DNA of 60,901 bases from a virus. Lineage: Duplodnaviria; Caudoviricetes. A program made the translations under genes and the position numbers. The DNA lies in the IMG/VR virus record IMGVR_UViG_3300017717_000004, positions 1 through 60,901 of that record; one strand, given 5' to 3'. Under the pieces are notes generated by a model. It worked only from the letters and a program-made list of their open reading frames with translations. It did not search any database and was not told where the DNA came from. Every line of letters begins with the position of its first letter. The first letter of the stretch is position 1. Positions 30,170-38,960 of this stretch are shown in pieces.

Positions 30170-31929
30170 TTGTTTATATTTAATTGTTCAAATTCTAAAT
30201 CTAAGGTTTTTGTAACCTCATAAGGGTTGTTTTTATCCTCCATCCAATTAGTGTTATCCCAAGACACGTTTCCGTTGTCCATCTCAGTATACCTACCATT
30301 GTTCACATTCCACGAAAGTTCTGTGTGTGCTTGGTTTTCACCTAGATTAGCAAACTTAACCTTCAGCACTTTAACTTTTACTGTCGCATTTTCATAATCT
30401 CTATGAACCAGAATTCCATGCGGACTCATGTCATAAAATTCCCCACCTCCTTTAACATCATAAAAAGTAGGCTCTATTAACTTACCCTTATCGTTCTGTG
30501 GTTTAGTTGGGTGTGCCACAATTATGCATATCACATCATTCTTTTTACAAAACGTATCTACTTTATTAAGGTATGCGTTTGTGTAGTCTGTAATGCTTAA
30601 GTTTAAATTGTTTTTATCCCTTATCTTGTTGTAAGGGTCAATTACAAGGCACCTTATACCCACTCTTCTGACTAATTCCTCTCCCTTTTTAAGAACCTTA
30701 TCTAAATCAAACCCATCTTCATAGTCAATAAAAAAAAAGTTTTTATTAATGTGTTCAACACATTTCTTCCAATCTTTCTTCTTTGTTTCTTCATACTTTG
30801 GAGTGTTTCCGTATATTTTCCTCACTAACTTATCTACATGTAGGTATTGTGGATAGTTTTCTGTTGAAGCGTATGCAGTTTTCCAATCATACATCATATT
30901 GTATCCTATTGTCATTTGGTCTACAAAGTCAGACTTACCGCTACTTGGAAAACCTGTAACAACTATAAATTGCTTTGTGTATGTTGAAAATATACCATCA
31001 AAACTATCTAAGCCTATTTTAAAGCCATTCTTTACACCATTTCTATAGAAATCATCAAGTTCCCCAACCATATCAGAAACCCTTAATACGTTTTCTATTG
31101 GACATGGCGTCGCATCATCAATAACTTTAAACAAAGCATCCTTACCATATTTAAGTAAATATTCGTTTGCATCCTTACAGTCTTTAAGGTCGCATAAATA
31201 AACTTTTTCTGAGCCGAATCTTCTTATTAATTCTTTCTTTCCGTTTTCACCTGCTTCATCTGAATCCACACAAATGTATATCTTCTTCTTACTCTCGAAG
31301 TGATAATAGAAATCGTTTAAATAATCTAAATTAACTTGGCCGTTTGCAGTAAAGCCATTAGGCACACTAACAACATTCTTTCTACCACATTCAACAAAAG
31401 ACAAGCAATCAATTTCACCCTCAGTTACTATACAAGTGTCAGAATCAATAATAGAATCCATATTGTAACACATCTTTCTAGCGCCCTTATATAGTTTAAA
31501 GTTTTTTTGTGAATCTCTATACTTTACATTAACAACCGTATTGTTGTATATGTAGTTAAACATTATAACTTTAACTTCTTTACTTACCTGTGGCATATAT
31601 TCAACACCCGCAGTAACACCGCAAGACTGTAGTGTTTCTTTTGATATACCTCTTGAAACAAACCAATCTAATACATTATTTGTTGGCTTATATGTCTTTT
31701 CAATTACAGGAATAACATAGTTGTCGTCTTTTGCTTTTTCATATGTGTGAAGCTGTAACACCTCTCCACAATGTTGACATGTTCCAAGACCCCTGTCCCA
31801 ATCCAACATCAAGCACTTTTGGCTTTTCTTTTTTCTTGTATGACTACACTTTGGACATGTAGACTTCTTTGCTCTTGTATCTAATTTGAATACATTGTAA
31901 TCTTTTATTTCGTAGCCGTTAATATCCAT
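30166..31929 (-). CDS. Primase-helicase (T7 gp4/Twinkle-like)
   Basis: Zn finger CPKC..CQHC, TOPRIM EGEIDCLS and DSDEAG, Walker A GFPSSGKS, IDPYN, VAHP. Confidence 0.92.
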   Translation of the reverse strand: MDINGYEIKDYNVFKLDTRAKKSTCPKCSHTRKKKSQKCLMLDWDRGLGTCQHCGEVLQLHTYEKAKDDNYVIPVIEKTYKPTNNVLDWFVSRGISKETLQSCGVTAGVEYMPQVSKEVKVIMFNYIYNNTVVNVKYRDSQKNFKLYKGARKMCYNMDSIIDSDTCIVTEGEIDCLSFVECGRKNVVSVPNGFTANGQVNLDYLNDFYYHFESKKKIYICVDSDEAGENGKKELIRRFGSEKVYLCDLKDCKDANEYLLKYGKDALFKVIDDATPCPIENVLRVSDMVGELDDFYRNGVKNGFKIGLDSFDGIFSTYTKQFIVVTGFPSSGKSDFVDQMTIGYNMMYDWKTAYASTENYPQYLHVDKLVRKIYGNTPKYEETKKKDWKKCVEHINKNFFFIDYEDGFDLDKVLKKGEELVRRVGIRCLVIDPYNKIRDKNNLNLSITDYTNAYLNKVDTFCKKNDVICIIVAHPTKPQNDKGKLIEPTFYDVKGGGEFYDMSPHGILVHRDYENATVKVKVLKVKFANLGENQAHTELSWNVNNGRYTEMDNGNVSWDNTNWMEDKNNPYEVTKTLDLEFEQLNINK

Positions 31930-32662
31930 TCTGTATTATTTTAAATTCAAACCCTGGTTGGTCGTAGTTTTTTTTATCTCTATTTAATTCATCTTCACTA
32001 CCTGTTTTAAGGCTTTGACCTTTCCATTTCCACTTAAAATTACCTGTGTTTTTTGCTTGGTCTTTGTTATATTTTAGCCAATTTACAAAGTGTGATTTAT
32101 AATCTTTGATTGTTATCTTTACATCATCAGTCATGGTCAAATGATTGTGAAAAATCTTCAATGTTTTTTCAAGACCATCGTTCGATATTTGATTTTGCAT
32201 ACAGACAACCTCTCTCCACGACATTCCATCAAGACATTCTTTTAGAAAAATATTATTATTATTTTCTTGTATTATTATTTTCTTATTTATGTTTGTCTTT
32301 GGCTTGTCTTTTGTTTGTCGTTTGCGTGTCGATTTCTTTTTTTGTACAGCACTTTCTATTTGATAACTATCATAGTTACAGATAGTTACCTTTGTATACT
32401 TGTTAGTCGTTTGCGTGTCGATTTCACCTGTTTTTGTAAGGCGCTTTAACGCAGTTCTTATTTGTCTTACAGGTATGTCGAGGTCTGAAGAAAGCCTGGA
32501 TAGCGAAGTTATATATTCACCTTTAGATACAGGCCTTCCCATGAAACGACAATTGTCGTAACAAGCATTTAAAAGTAAATGTATAAATAAATTTTTTGTA
32601 TTGGAGTCTTTATACCACTCCCAATCCAGAATCCTCCTGTGTAGTTTTATGTATCCCTTCAT
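31919..32662 (-). CDS. Replication initiator/replisome organiser
   Basis: N-terminal GYIKLHRRILDWEWY, HTH (SLSRLSSDLDIPVRQIRTALKRL), low-complexity linker containing DNA repeats. Confidence 0.75.
   Translation of the reverse strand: MKGYIKLHRRILDWEWYKDSNTKNLFIHLLLNACYDNCRFMGRPVSKGEYITSLSRLSSDLDIPVRQIRTALKRLTKTGEIDTQTTNKYTKVTICNYDSYQIESAVQKKKSTRKRQTKDKPKTNINKKIIIQENNNNIFLKECLDGMSWREVVCMQNQISNDGLEKTLKIFHNHLTMTDDVKITIKDYKSHFVNWLKYNKDQAKNTGNFKWKWKGQSLKTGSEDELNRDKKNYDQPGFEFKIIQNGY
32291..32425. repeat. Iteron array and probable replication origin inside the initiator gene
   Basis: TGTC at 32294, 32305, 32316 and 32327 (11-bp period); 20-bp exact repeat at 32317-32336 and 32406-32425; AT-rich tract at about 32240-32290. 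Confidence 0.7.
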
Positions 32663-33182
32663 TGTTTATTCTATCTAATGTTACAACCTCGTTTACTTTA
32701 TCTGCCAATATATCAACAAGGTTTTTGTTTTCATATAAGTTTTCTGTTATCTGACTATATTTAAGCAAGAAGTTTAAATCCTCTTCTTCATATATTTTTC
32801 TTACAATTCTTTTTTTGTAAATGTTTGCTTCGTCAAACATATATTGTTCGTAGTCAGCGTAAAATTTTATTTCATTTTCTAGCTCTTGTAATTCTTTTCT
32901 AAAATCCTTATCAACGTCAGCTATATCTTTAACCACCCTAACACTATAAAGTATTGTTGCGTGATTATGGGGACTATTCCTTCCCCTAACCTTTGAATAA
33001 TCTCCGATTGCTTGTAGCGATAGTCTTGTAAATTTTTGAGCAAAATAAAAAAACATTTTTCTTAAGTCAGCAACTTCTCTTCGCCTTGTATCCCTAAACA
33101 GATACCCTTTTTCTTTGTCATGCCGCCTTTCTATTATATCTGATATAATATCAAGGGTTTTATATTGTCCTTCTCTATTCAT
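32610..33182 (-). CDS. Protein with a DnaA C-terminal (domain IV) HTH (start moved to 33182)
   Basis: TRRREVADLRKMFFY..LSLQAIGD..NHATILYSV. Confidence 0.7.
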   Translation of the reverse strand: MNREGQYKTLDIISDIIERRHDKEKGYLFRDTRRREVADLRKMFFYFAQKFTRLSLQAIGDYSKVRGRNSPHNHATILYSVRVVKDIADVDKDFRKELQELENEIKFYADYEQYMFDEANIYKKRIVRKIYEEEDLNFLLKYSQITENLYENKNLVDILADKVNEVVTLDRINNEGIHKTTQEDSGLGVV

Positions 33183-33196
33183 TGTATTGTATTTAA

Positions 33197-33261
33197 GCTT
33201 GAGGGGGGGTAAAACTTTAGGATTATGAAACCTTATATTAACAAACCCCCCCTTATTCAAG
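33197..33261. other. Intergenic GC-clamped stem-loop
   Basis: GCTTGA-G7-T pairs with A-C6-(TTAT)-TCAAGC. Confidence 0.6.
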
Positions 33262-33269
33262 CCATTAGA

Positions 33270-33602
33270 TTAAAATGGTAAGTCTTCTATAACTTCATTA
33301 TTCATGGAGTTTTGACTTACTGTTTGAAAAGGCTCACCGCCTTCGTTATCCTTCTGCCCTTTTACAACTTTTCCGTCTGTCCAAATCACAGACCCATTAC
33401 CTAAGTAATGTTTTGGTGCTTTGTTTTGACGCTCGTCTTGGTCTTGAGCAATAGTAATTGATACGTTTTTCCCGTATCTTGATTCATCATTAATAGAAAT
33501 AGTAATAGGTATATAACTATCTTTCTCTCCTTTAATGATTTTTTTCTTGTCGATTTTCTTCAATTCTGAAGCCTTTATCGACGCATTGATAAGTGTAGAC
33601 AT
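33270..33602 (-). CDS. Probable single-stranded DNA-binding protein
   Basis: Small beta protein with YLGNG motif and acidic EDLPF C-terminus; next to the exonuclease/annealase genes. Confidence 0.65.
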   Translation of the reverse strand: MSTLINASIKASELKKIDKKKIIKGEKDSYIPITISINDESRYGKNVSITIAQDQDERQNKAPKHYLGNGSVIWTDGKVVKGQKDNEGGEPFQTVSQNSMNNEVIEDLPF

Positions 33603-33685
33603 AAATTTAATTTAAGATTAATAAAATGATTATAATTATTGCATATGCAATTGTTTCAGCTATTCTACTTAGCTTTCTGTCTTTG

Positions 33686-34498
33686 TTAAATCTCGCCATA
33701 GACTGTAAAATTTTCAAGTCTGTGACTTTTATTAACAAAATATTTTAAATAATTCTCTTCAGCTTTTGATACCTTTTCTCTACCTCTGTCATAGGCATCA
33801 TCAGAAACTTCATACAAACCAACACAACCTGTTCCTTTTTCAATAACAAGGAACTTCATTGGCTTTTGAAACATTGTTGAGTATATAAAGGCTTGACTAT
33901 CGTAATTATAAGCCTTGCTGCTATACTTAAAACCTCCAAGCGAACTTGATGTTTTTATATCAATCAAACAATCTTCTGTAACAATGTCTGCTTTACATTT
34001 CCATAAAACATCGCTATCTGTGTGTCCCATAGTTCCAAAATTTGGGACTTCATATTTAGATTTTTTGTTGTTTAAAAACTGCTTTACTGTTTCGTTCTTT
34101 AAAGAGGTGTCAACTAAAAGATTTAGGTCGTCCCATTCTTTTTTAAGAAAAATTAAACCACCTGCCTCAGCTGAAGCTTCTTTGTACTTATTAGTGTTTC
34201 TTGTAGAGGCTTCAATATAATTGTCGTTTTGAGTTTTTCCAAACATAATAAGTTCGTGAAAGGCTCTACCAAACATTAAATTAACACTATCTTCTCTTGG
34301 CTCAGAATACTGCGTTGGGTTGTTTATAAGCTGACTAATGTTAGAGTTTGATAAAAACTTACCACCATAGTCCCCATAATAATGCTCATCGCTTGAAAGC
34401 TTTGCCAAAACTTCTTCTCTATTTCTGTATGTCCAATGCTGTCCAGCTGTCATTCCATGTGGAGTTGAGTCCACTATGTAATCCCCTACTTTTTCCAT
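33686..34498 (-). CDS. RecE-like PD-(D/E)XK exonuclease
   Basis: FGRAFH, KCKADIV..DIKTS, YDSQAFIY. Confidence 0.8.
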   Translation of the reverse strand: MEKVGDYIVDSTPHGMTAGQHWTYRNREEVLAKLSSDEHYYGDYGGKFLSNSNISQLINNPTQYSEPREDSVNLMFGRAFHELIMFGKTQNDNYIEASTRNTNKYKEASAEAGGLIFLKKEWDDLNLLVDTSLKNETVKQFLNNKKSKYEVPNFGTMGHTDSDVLWKCKADIVTEDCLIDIKTSSSLGGFKYSSKAYNYDSQAFIYSTMFQKPMKFLVIEKGTGCVGLYEVSDDAYDRGREKVSKAEENYLKYFVNKSHRLENFTVYGEI

Positions 34499-34890
34499 GA
34501 CGCATCCTTTCTTTTAAAGTCGTCGCTTTCATCTTCAGAAAAGACACCCAACTCGTAAAATCCTGTTAACTTAAGCACTGCACGAGACATTGCCCTTTTT
34601 TCTGCCATTTCCATTACATACCATGTGTTGCAATTTCCGTCCCTATGACTTGTTCCTTTTAGTGCTGAACCAAAAGTTTGTATTGTGTTGCCACTTGCAT
34701 CTGCATTTGCTTTTACAACGCAGTAATTTGGTTCGCAATTTATCACATCATAAGTGATTGTGATTTTTTCAACTGCCTGGATTCTGTCAATCCCAGACCT
34801 TGTGATGATTATGTAATGTTGATGCTTGAACACATCGTCTTTGCTTAAACCATACTTTTGGTATAAGGCTTTTAGTTTATCTGTTTTCAT
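34486..34890 (-). CDS. Probable single-strand annealing protein (Rad52/Erf-like fold)
   Basis: EMAEKRAMSRAVLKL..FSEDE motif adjacent to the exonuclease. Confidence 0.55.
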   Translation of the reverse strand: MKTDKLKALYQKYGLSKDDVFKHQHYIIITRSGIDRIQAVEKITITYDVINCEPNYCVVKANADASGNTIQTFGSALKGTSHRDGNCNTWYVMEMAEKRAMSRAVLKLTGFYELGVFSEDESDDFKRKDASWKK

Positions 34891-34912
34891 TCTTACTATA
34901 TTTAATTATTAA

Positions 34913-34920
34913 CAAATTTA
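34913..34920 (-). promoter_or_regulatory. -7 promoter element TAAATTTG
   Basis: Upstream of the recombination/replication operon start at 34890. Confidence 0.55.
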
Positions 34921-35346
34921 ATTTATATTTTGTTGATATCCTAATTTTAATTTAAATTCTTTTAAAACTTTTATTTCTTTATTAGCTATTTTGTAATGAT
35001 ACTCTTTGTTTTTTTCATTTTTTTTAGCAATAGCTATTTGCATATATTCCCTGTTTGTTTTAATTCTTGTTATTGAATTTTTTATAAAAAGGTTGTCGCA
35101 AAATCTTTCAACACCATACACTTTCATTTCTATTATTTCATGCATATTTAACGGCCTATAAATATCTGTTGAGGTATCATAAGCTTCGTAATTGTTTTGG
35201 TCGTCAATTGAAATACAAATCCTGCGATAATATATTTTATCGTTTTCTATCACTCTTTTTTTTTCTTGGCTTAAATTTTCTATAAAGTTCCAACAAAATT
35301 TAAGTATTTTGTTTTTATTTTCAGTAAAAAATTTTTTAGCTGACAT
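34918..35346 (-). CDS. Hypothetical protein (likely start MSAKK)
   Basis: ORF in the early region. Confidence 0.55.
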   Translation of the reverse strand: MSAKKFFTENKNKILKFCWNFIENLSQEKKRVIENDKIYYRRICISIDDQNNYEAYDTSTDIYRPLNMHEIIEMKVYGVERFCDNLFIKNSITRIKTNREYMQIAIAKKNEKNKEYHYKIANKEIKVLKEFKLKLGYQQNIN

Positions 35347-35569
35347 TTTCGTCTCCATCTTCCATAAGTGTTTTGAGTTTAAATATTTTTTCATCGAGTG
35401 CGTCGCATAGTAATTTTACATACTCAGCATCTTCTTTTTCTCCATAGTTATTTTCTGCCTCCCAAACATTATGAAGAAACTTACTACTTTCTTTTGTTAG
35501 TTGTAGGAGTTCTGTTAACTCTTTTCTAAGTGCTTTGTTTTCCAAAGACAATATTTCATTAATTCCCAT
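35336..35569 (-). CDS. Hypothetical protein
   Basis: ORF in the early region. Confidence 0.55.
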   Translation of the reverse strand: MGINEILSLENKALRKELTELLQLTKESSKFLHNVWEAENNYGEKEDAEYVKLLCDALDEKIFKLKTLMEDGDENVS

Positions 35570-35714
35570 GTCTACTTAATTTAATTGTTTCTATTTCTCC
35601 ATGCTCGGCACTATCAACATAGTTTTGTGCTGACTTTTCGCATAGCGTTGTTACTGTTCTGTTTGGCATTTCGCCACCATAGTACAAGTGTACTTTATAC
35701 ATTGTTTCATTCAT
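35559..35714 (-). CDS. Hypothetical 51-aa protein (MNETMYKVHL...)
   Basis: Read by hand; fills the gap between neighbouring minus-strand ORFs. Confidence 0.55.
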   Translation of the reverse strand: MNETMYKVHLYYGGEMPNRTVTTLCEKSAQNYVDSAEHGEIETIKLSRHGN

Positions 35715-35720
35715 ATCTTT

Positions 35721-35924
35721 TTATTTTAGTGGGACTTGAGTCCAAGAGTTTTGTTTTTTATATTTTGTTATCTTGCTTTCAAGCAACTCTATGTACTTCA
35801 TAAAAGCCTCTATGTAATACACATCATCTGTTTTTAATTCTTCAAGGCGATAGCCATTAAAGTAATTAAACCCATCATCTACCTTGTCTATTAAAATAGA
35901 TTTTTTTGATTTCTTTTCTGCCAT
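35721..35924 (-). CDS. Hypothetical protein
   Basis: ORF in the early region. Confidence 0.55.
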   Translation of the reverse strand: MAEKKSKKSILIDKVDDGFNYFNGYRLEELKTDDVYYIEAFMKYIELLESKITKYKKQNSWTQVPLK

Positions 35925-36240
35925 TTTTATTAAATTTAATTTTCTTTATTACTTTGTACTTATCTTCTAACTCATCATTGACATAGTCAATAATTATGTT
36001 TTTTTCATATGGTTCCAGGTCGCACCATTGTTTAAATGTTGGTGGTCGCATAGTAGTTTGTTTTGATGTTGAGCAAGAGGTAAGCAAGAGTATTGCTATT
36101 ATAATTATTATACCCACATAACTAAAAACTGTTGCTTTCAAGTTCCTACTATATTGTTCTTTACTTCTACCTTGATAATCGATATCTTCATCATCGTATT
36201 GTCTTAGGTATTCTTTTCCGTTGTTTGTAAAATGTTTCAT
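35875..36240 (-). CDS. Hypothetical membrane protein
   Basis: Internal hydrophobic helix ending in lipobox-like LLLTSC. Confidence 0.55.
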   Translation of the reverse strand: MKHFTNNGKEYLRQYDDEDIDYQGRSKEQYSRNLKATVFSYVGIIIIIAILLLTSCSTSKQTTMRPPTFKQWCDLEPYEKNIIIDYVNDELEDKYKVIKKIKFNKNGRKEIKKIYFNRQGR

Positions 36241-36245
36241 ATCAA

Positions 36246-36608
36246 TTAAAGTTCTGCGTTAAAATATAAACAATCTTCATTTTCATTCTCGTCAAACCAT
36301 ACTTTCATTTGCTCTCCAAGATTGTAGTCTGCATATTCTGACAAGTCTTTTCTTGTCACCCCATGTTCTTCCATAATTTTGTCATTGTAGCCATTTACTT
36401 TTTCAAACATATTTTTTACTTTATCTACATGACCTCTTGATTTTATTGATGCAAGTACCCTAACTATATCTTTATAGCTTTCTCTGTTTACACAATATTC
36501 TATGTAACCTGATGAGCACTCAAAAGCACCAAATCTTGTTCCCGCATCACTGCTTTGCACTGCAAACATAAATTTTCCTTCTATGTCGCCACTATAATAT
36601 CTTCCCAT
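36246..36608 (-). CDS. Hypothetical phage protein
   Basis: MGRYYSGDIEGKFMFAVQSS N-terminus. Confidence 0.65.
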   Translation of the reverse strand: MGRYYSGDIEGKFMFAVQSSDAGTRFGAFECSSGYIEYCVNRESYKDIVRVLASIKSRGHVDKVKNMFEKVNGYNDKIMEEHGVTRKDLSEYADYNLGEQMKVWFDENENEDCLYFNAEL

Positions 36609-36613
36609 AATTT

Positions 36614-36850
36614 CTATTTTTTAAAGTTTTCAATTGTAAAGTTTACTAATTCTATTATTTCATCGGAATAAAATATTGCATTAACTTTTGATAAATCATC
36701 CGAATATTTTTTATCTATACCAAAAGCATGTCGCATAATTTCTGTATGCTTATTTGCAATGTTGTCTATTACTTCATAAGTTTTTTCAAATACTTTTGAG
36801 TTTTTTTCATTGACCATAAGGTCTGAATGTAAATAATCTTTTGTTGCCAT
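36614..36850 (-). CDS. Hypothetical protein
   Basis: ORF preceded by promoter-like TAACTTAG at 36869-36876. Confidence 0.6.
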   Translation of the reverse strand: MATKDYLHSDLMVNEKNSKVFEKTYEVIDNIANKHTEIMRHAFGIDKKYSDDLSKVNAIFYSDEIIELVNFTIENFKK

Positions 36851-36940
36851 ATTTTTATTAATTATTAACTAAGTTACGATTTTTTTTGTTGATAACCTAA
36901 AGTTTTTGTTGTTATATTCATATATTTTGCAATTTTTTTC

Positions 36941-36979
36941 TCGTCGCATCGTCGCATCGTCGCTTGTCGCATCGTCGCA
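36941..36979. repeat. Tandem repeat of TCGTCGCA, about 5 units
   Basis: tcgtcgca tcgtcgca tcgtcgct tgtcgca tcgtcgca. Confidence 0.9.
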
Positions 36980-37005
36980 TGATTGTGAACAACGAATGAA
37001 AGAAA

Positions 37006-37054
37006 AGAAAGTAGGGTAGCGTTTGAACTTTGTTCTTAACTACCCTATCTTTCT
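37006..37054 (-). terminator. Stem-loop, probable minus-strand terminator or structured 3' UTR
   Basis: AGAAAG-TAGGGTAG pairs with CTACCCTA-T-CTTTCT; inner GAAC/GTTC stem. Confidence 0.5.
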
Positions 37055-37169
37055 ACTCACACGAAAGAAATATTGCAAGTATTATAACTATCCATAGCAA
37101 TATGTTTGCTATTTTGAATATTATAAATACTGCATTTGTCTTTATGCCTATCCATTTTGATTTTTTCAT
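37053..37169 (-). CDS. Small membrane protein, 38 aa (MKKSKWIG...LAIFLSCE)
   Basis: Read by hand; hydrophobic helix; starts 4 nt after the previous stop. Confidence 0.5.
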   Translation of the reverse strand: MKKSKWIGIKTNAVFIIFKIANILLWIVIILAIFLSCE

Positions 37170-37173
37170 ATTT

Positions 37174-38958
37174 TTAATTTATATATCTTACTTCTAAATT
37201 TGTTTGTGATTGAACGTATTCTTGTATTTCTTCTTGTGTACAGTCTTCGTGCATATCATAACATTCAGTACTGTCATCTTCATACTCTATTTCAAAAGTT
37301 TGTGTGTTACTTTCACTTACAAACCCTTTGATAGGACATTCGAATGCATTATGATACCAACATCCGTCATAATCAGAATAATATAGTTCATCTGTATGAT
37401 AGTAGTCTCCAGAGTCTTCATCCATAGCCATATCATCAAAATCTTCAGTTACATATCCATCTCCTTGAAGTTCAATAGCTGTTTCATATAGTATGTCTTG
37501 GTCTTGTAATTCTGAATATACTGTATCGTCATTGTGATAATAATCTCCCTCACTTTCAACCCAAACAGCGTCTTCTTGGTGAACTCTATTTCCGTCATGA
37601 AGTGTAACCATATTTTCGTCATGTGGACCACCCTCAGTTGATTCTAATGTAATATCTCCACTTGAATTACATAGTTGAATTTCATCTCCATTTAGGTCAT
37701 CAGTATATTTCATAGTGTCCATATATGGATACTTTCTGTTTTCAGAGTTTTGTAGTGTAACAGTTAATTCTTTATCCACAATAGCACCAATACTATTTAC
37801 CATACGATAATCGTGATAGTTTTGTTTGTTTTTGTGTAACCAACCATTTTCTTTTGCATATGATTGAAATTTAGCAATAGCTATATCACTACCATATATT
37901 CTATCCATAAATATATCTCCTCCATCTGTATACCATAATATAGCTCTTGCTACAGTTTTATTGTCATTATCTAAAGCCCTAACCATTTTTACTTTATCTG
38001 GATTTTCTGTGTAAATTTCAAAGTAATCTTGACATTCAATGTGTTTCATACAAGAGTTACTTAGACTACCTATGTTTACACTTTCACTATGATTTTTATA
38101 GCTGTATGTAGAAGCAATATCCATACCCTCAACAACTTCCAATTTAAAATCAAAGACATATAAAGATTTTATTGTATTTGACATTTTTTCAATTGCACTA
38201 TCAGGACAGTAAATATTAGCTTGTTGTAGCATTTTACGAATACCTTTACCGTATTTGATATTTTGTCTTGCATCCTTTATCCATTTCTGATTATTATTCA
38301 TAACAGTACGTTTGTGTTTTGGTGTATACGTCATTGTACCGTCTGCTGTGATTGTGAAATGTCTATCGTGATTTATATCATATGCGTATTTTCCTGCTTG
38401 ATGTATAGCATCTTGTACCCAATATATATTATCATCGTTTCTACTAAACCCTAATATTCTATCTGTTAGTGATGCTGACAATAGTCTTGTACCATTAAAA
38501 CTATTTGATTCATAAAACAAATTGGTGTTTTCGTACAAGTTAATTCTATTTGCGTCATACAAGTATAGCTTTTGTGCTTGATACTTTGTATTTTCTGCTG
38601 TAACTTCAGATGCAGTATCCTCATCTATAGGTCTACCGTCAGCAAATTTCTTATAGTATATAAATGTTTGACGCATATATTTTTCTCCAATCATATAGTT
38701 TTTTAAGTCTATCATTAGTCTTAATAATCTTTCTTTTGGTAATATACACATTATAGGTGTATCGTGATTTTTTCCCCAATTAGTGTAAAACATTCTGTAC
38801 ATTTCGTTTGATTTGTACACAGATGTTCTACTTCTTAGTGTGAATCGATTCAACAGAGTTACATTGTCATCTCCTTTACCGAAGTATTTTTTGTCCAAAC
38901 CACTTTTTATTATTAGTTGAACAATATCTCCTACTGATATTTCAATTTTACTATGCAT
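37174..38958 (-). CDS. Large uncharacterised protein with an SCM..ARAILW..MDRIY domain and acidic C-terminal repeats
   Basis: 594 aa, 2 nt downstream of the peptidase gene. Confidence 0.75.
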   Translation of the reverse strand: MHSKIEISVGDIVQLIIKSGLDKKYFGKGDDNVTLLNRFTLRSRTSVYKSNEMYRMFYTNWGKNHDTPIMCILPKERLLRLMIDLKNYMIGEKYMRQTFIYYKKFADGRPIDEDTASEVTAENTKYQAQKLYLYDANRINLYENTNLFYESNSFNGTRLLSASLTDRILGFSRNDDNIYWVQDAIHQAGKYAYDINHDRHFTITADGTMTYTPKHKRTVMNNNQKWIKDARQNIKYGKGIRKMLQQANIYCPDSAIEKMSNTIKSLYVFDFKLEVVEGMDIASTYSYKNHSESVNIGSLSNSCMKHIECQDYFEIYTENPDKVKMVRALDNDNKTVARAILWYTDGGDIFMDRIYGSDIAIAKFQSYAKENGWLHKNKQNYHDYRMVNSIGAIVDKELTVTLQNSENRKYPYMDTMKYTDDLNGDEIQLCNSSGDITLESTEGGPHDENMVTLHDGNRVHQEDAVWVESEGDYYHNDDTVYSELQDQDILYETAIELQGDGYVTEDFDDMAMDEDSGDYYHTDELYYSDYDGCWYHNAFECPIKGFVSESNTQTFEIEYEDDSTECYDMHEDCTQEEIQEYVQSQTNLEVRYIN

Positions 38959-38960
38959 AA

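Noticed and set aside
33638-33651. 14-bp palindrome ATTGCATATGCAAT upstream of the SSB gene
   Set aside because: Single AT-rich occurrence with no second copy noticed; compatible with chance
36941-36979. CRISPR array
   Set aside because: 8-bp tandem units with no spacers, and no cas genes present
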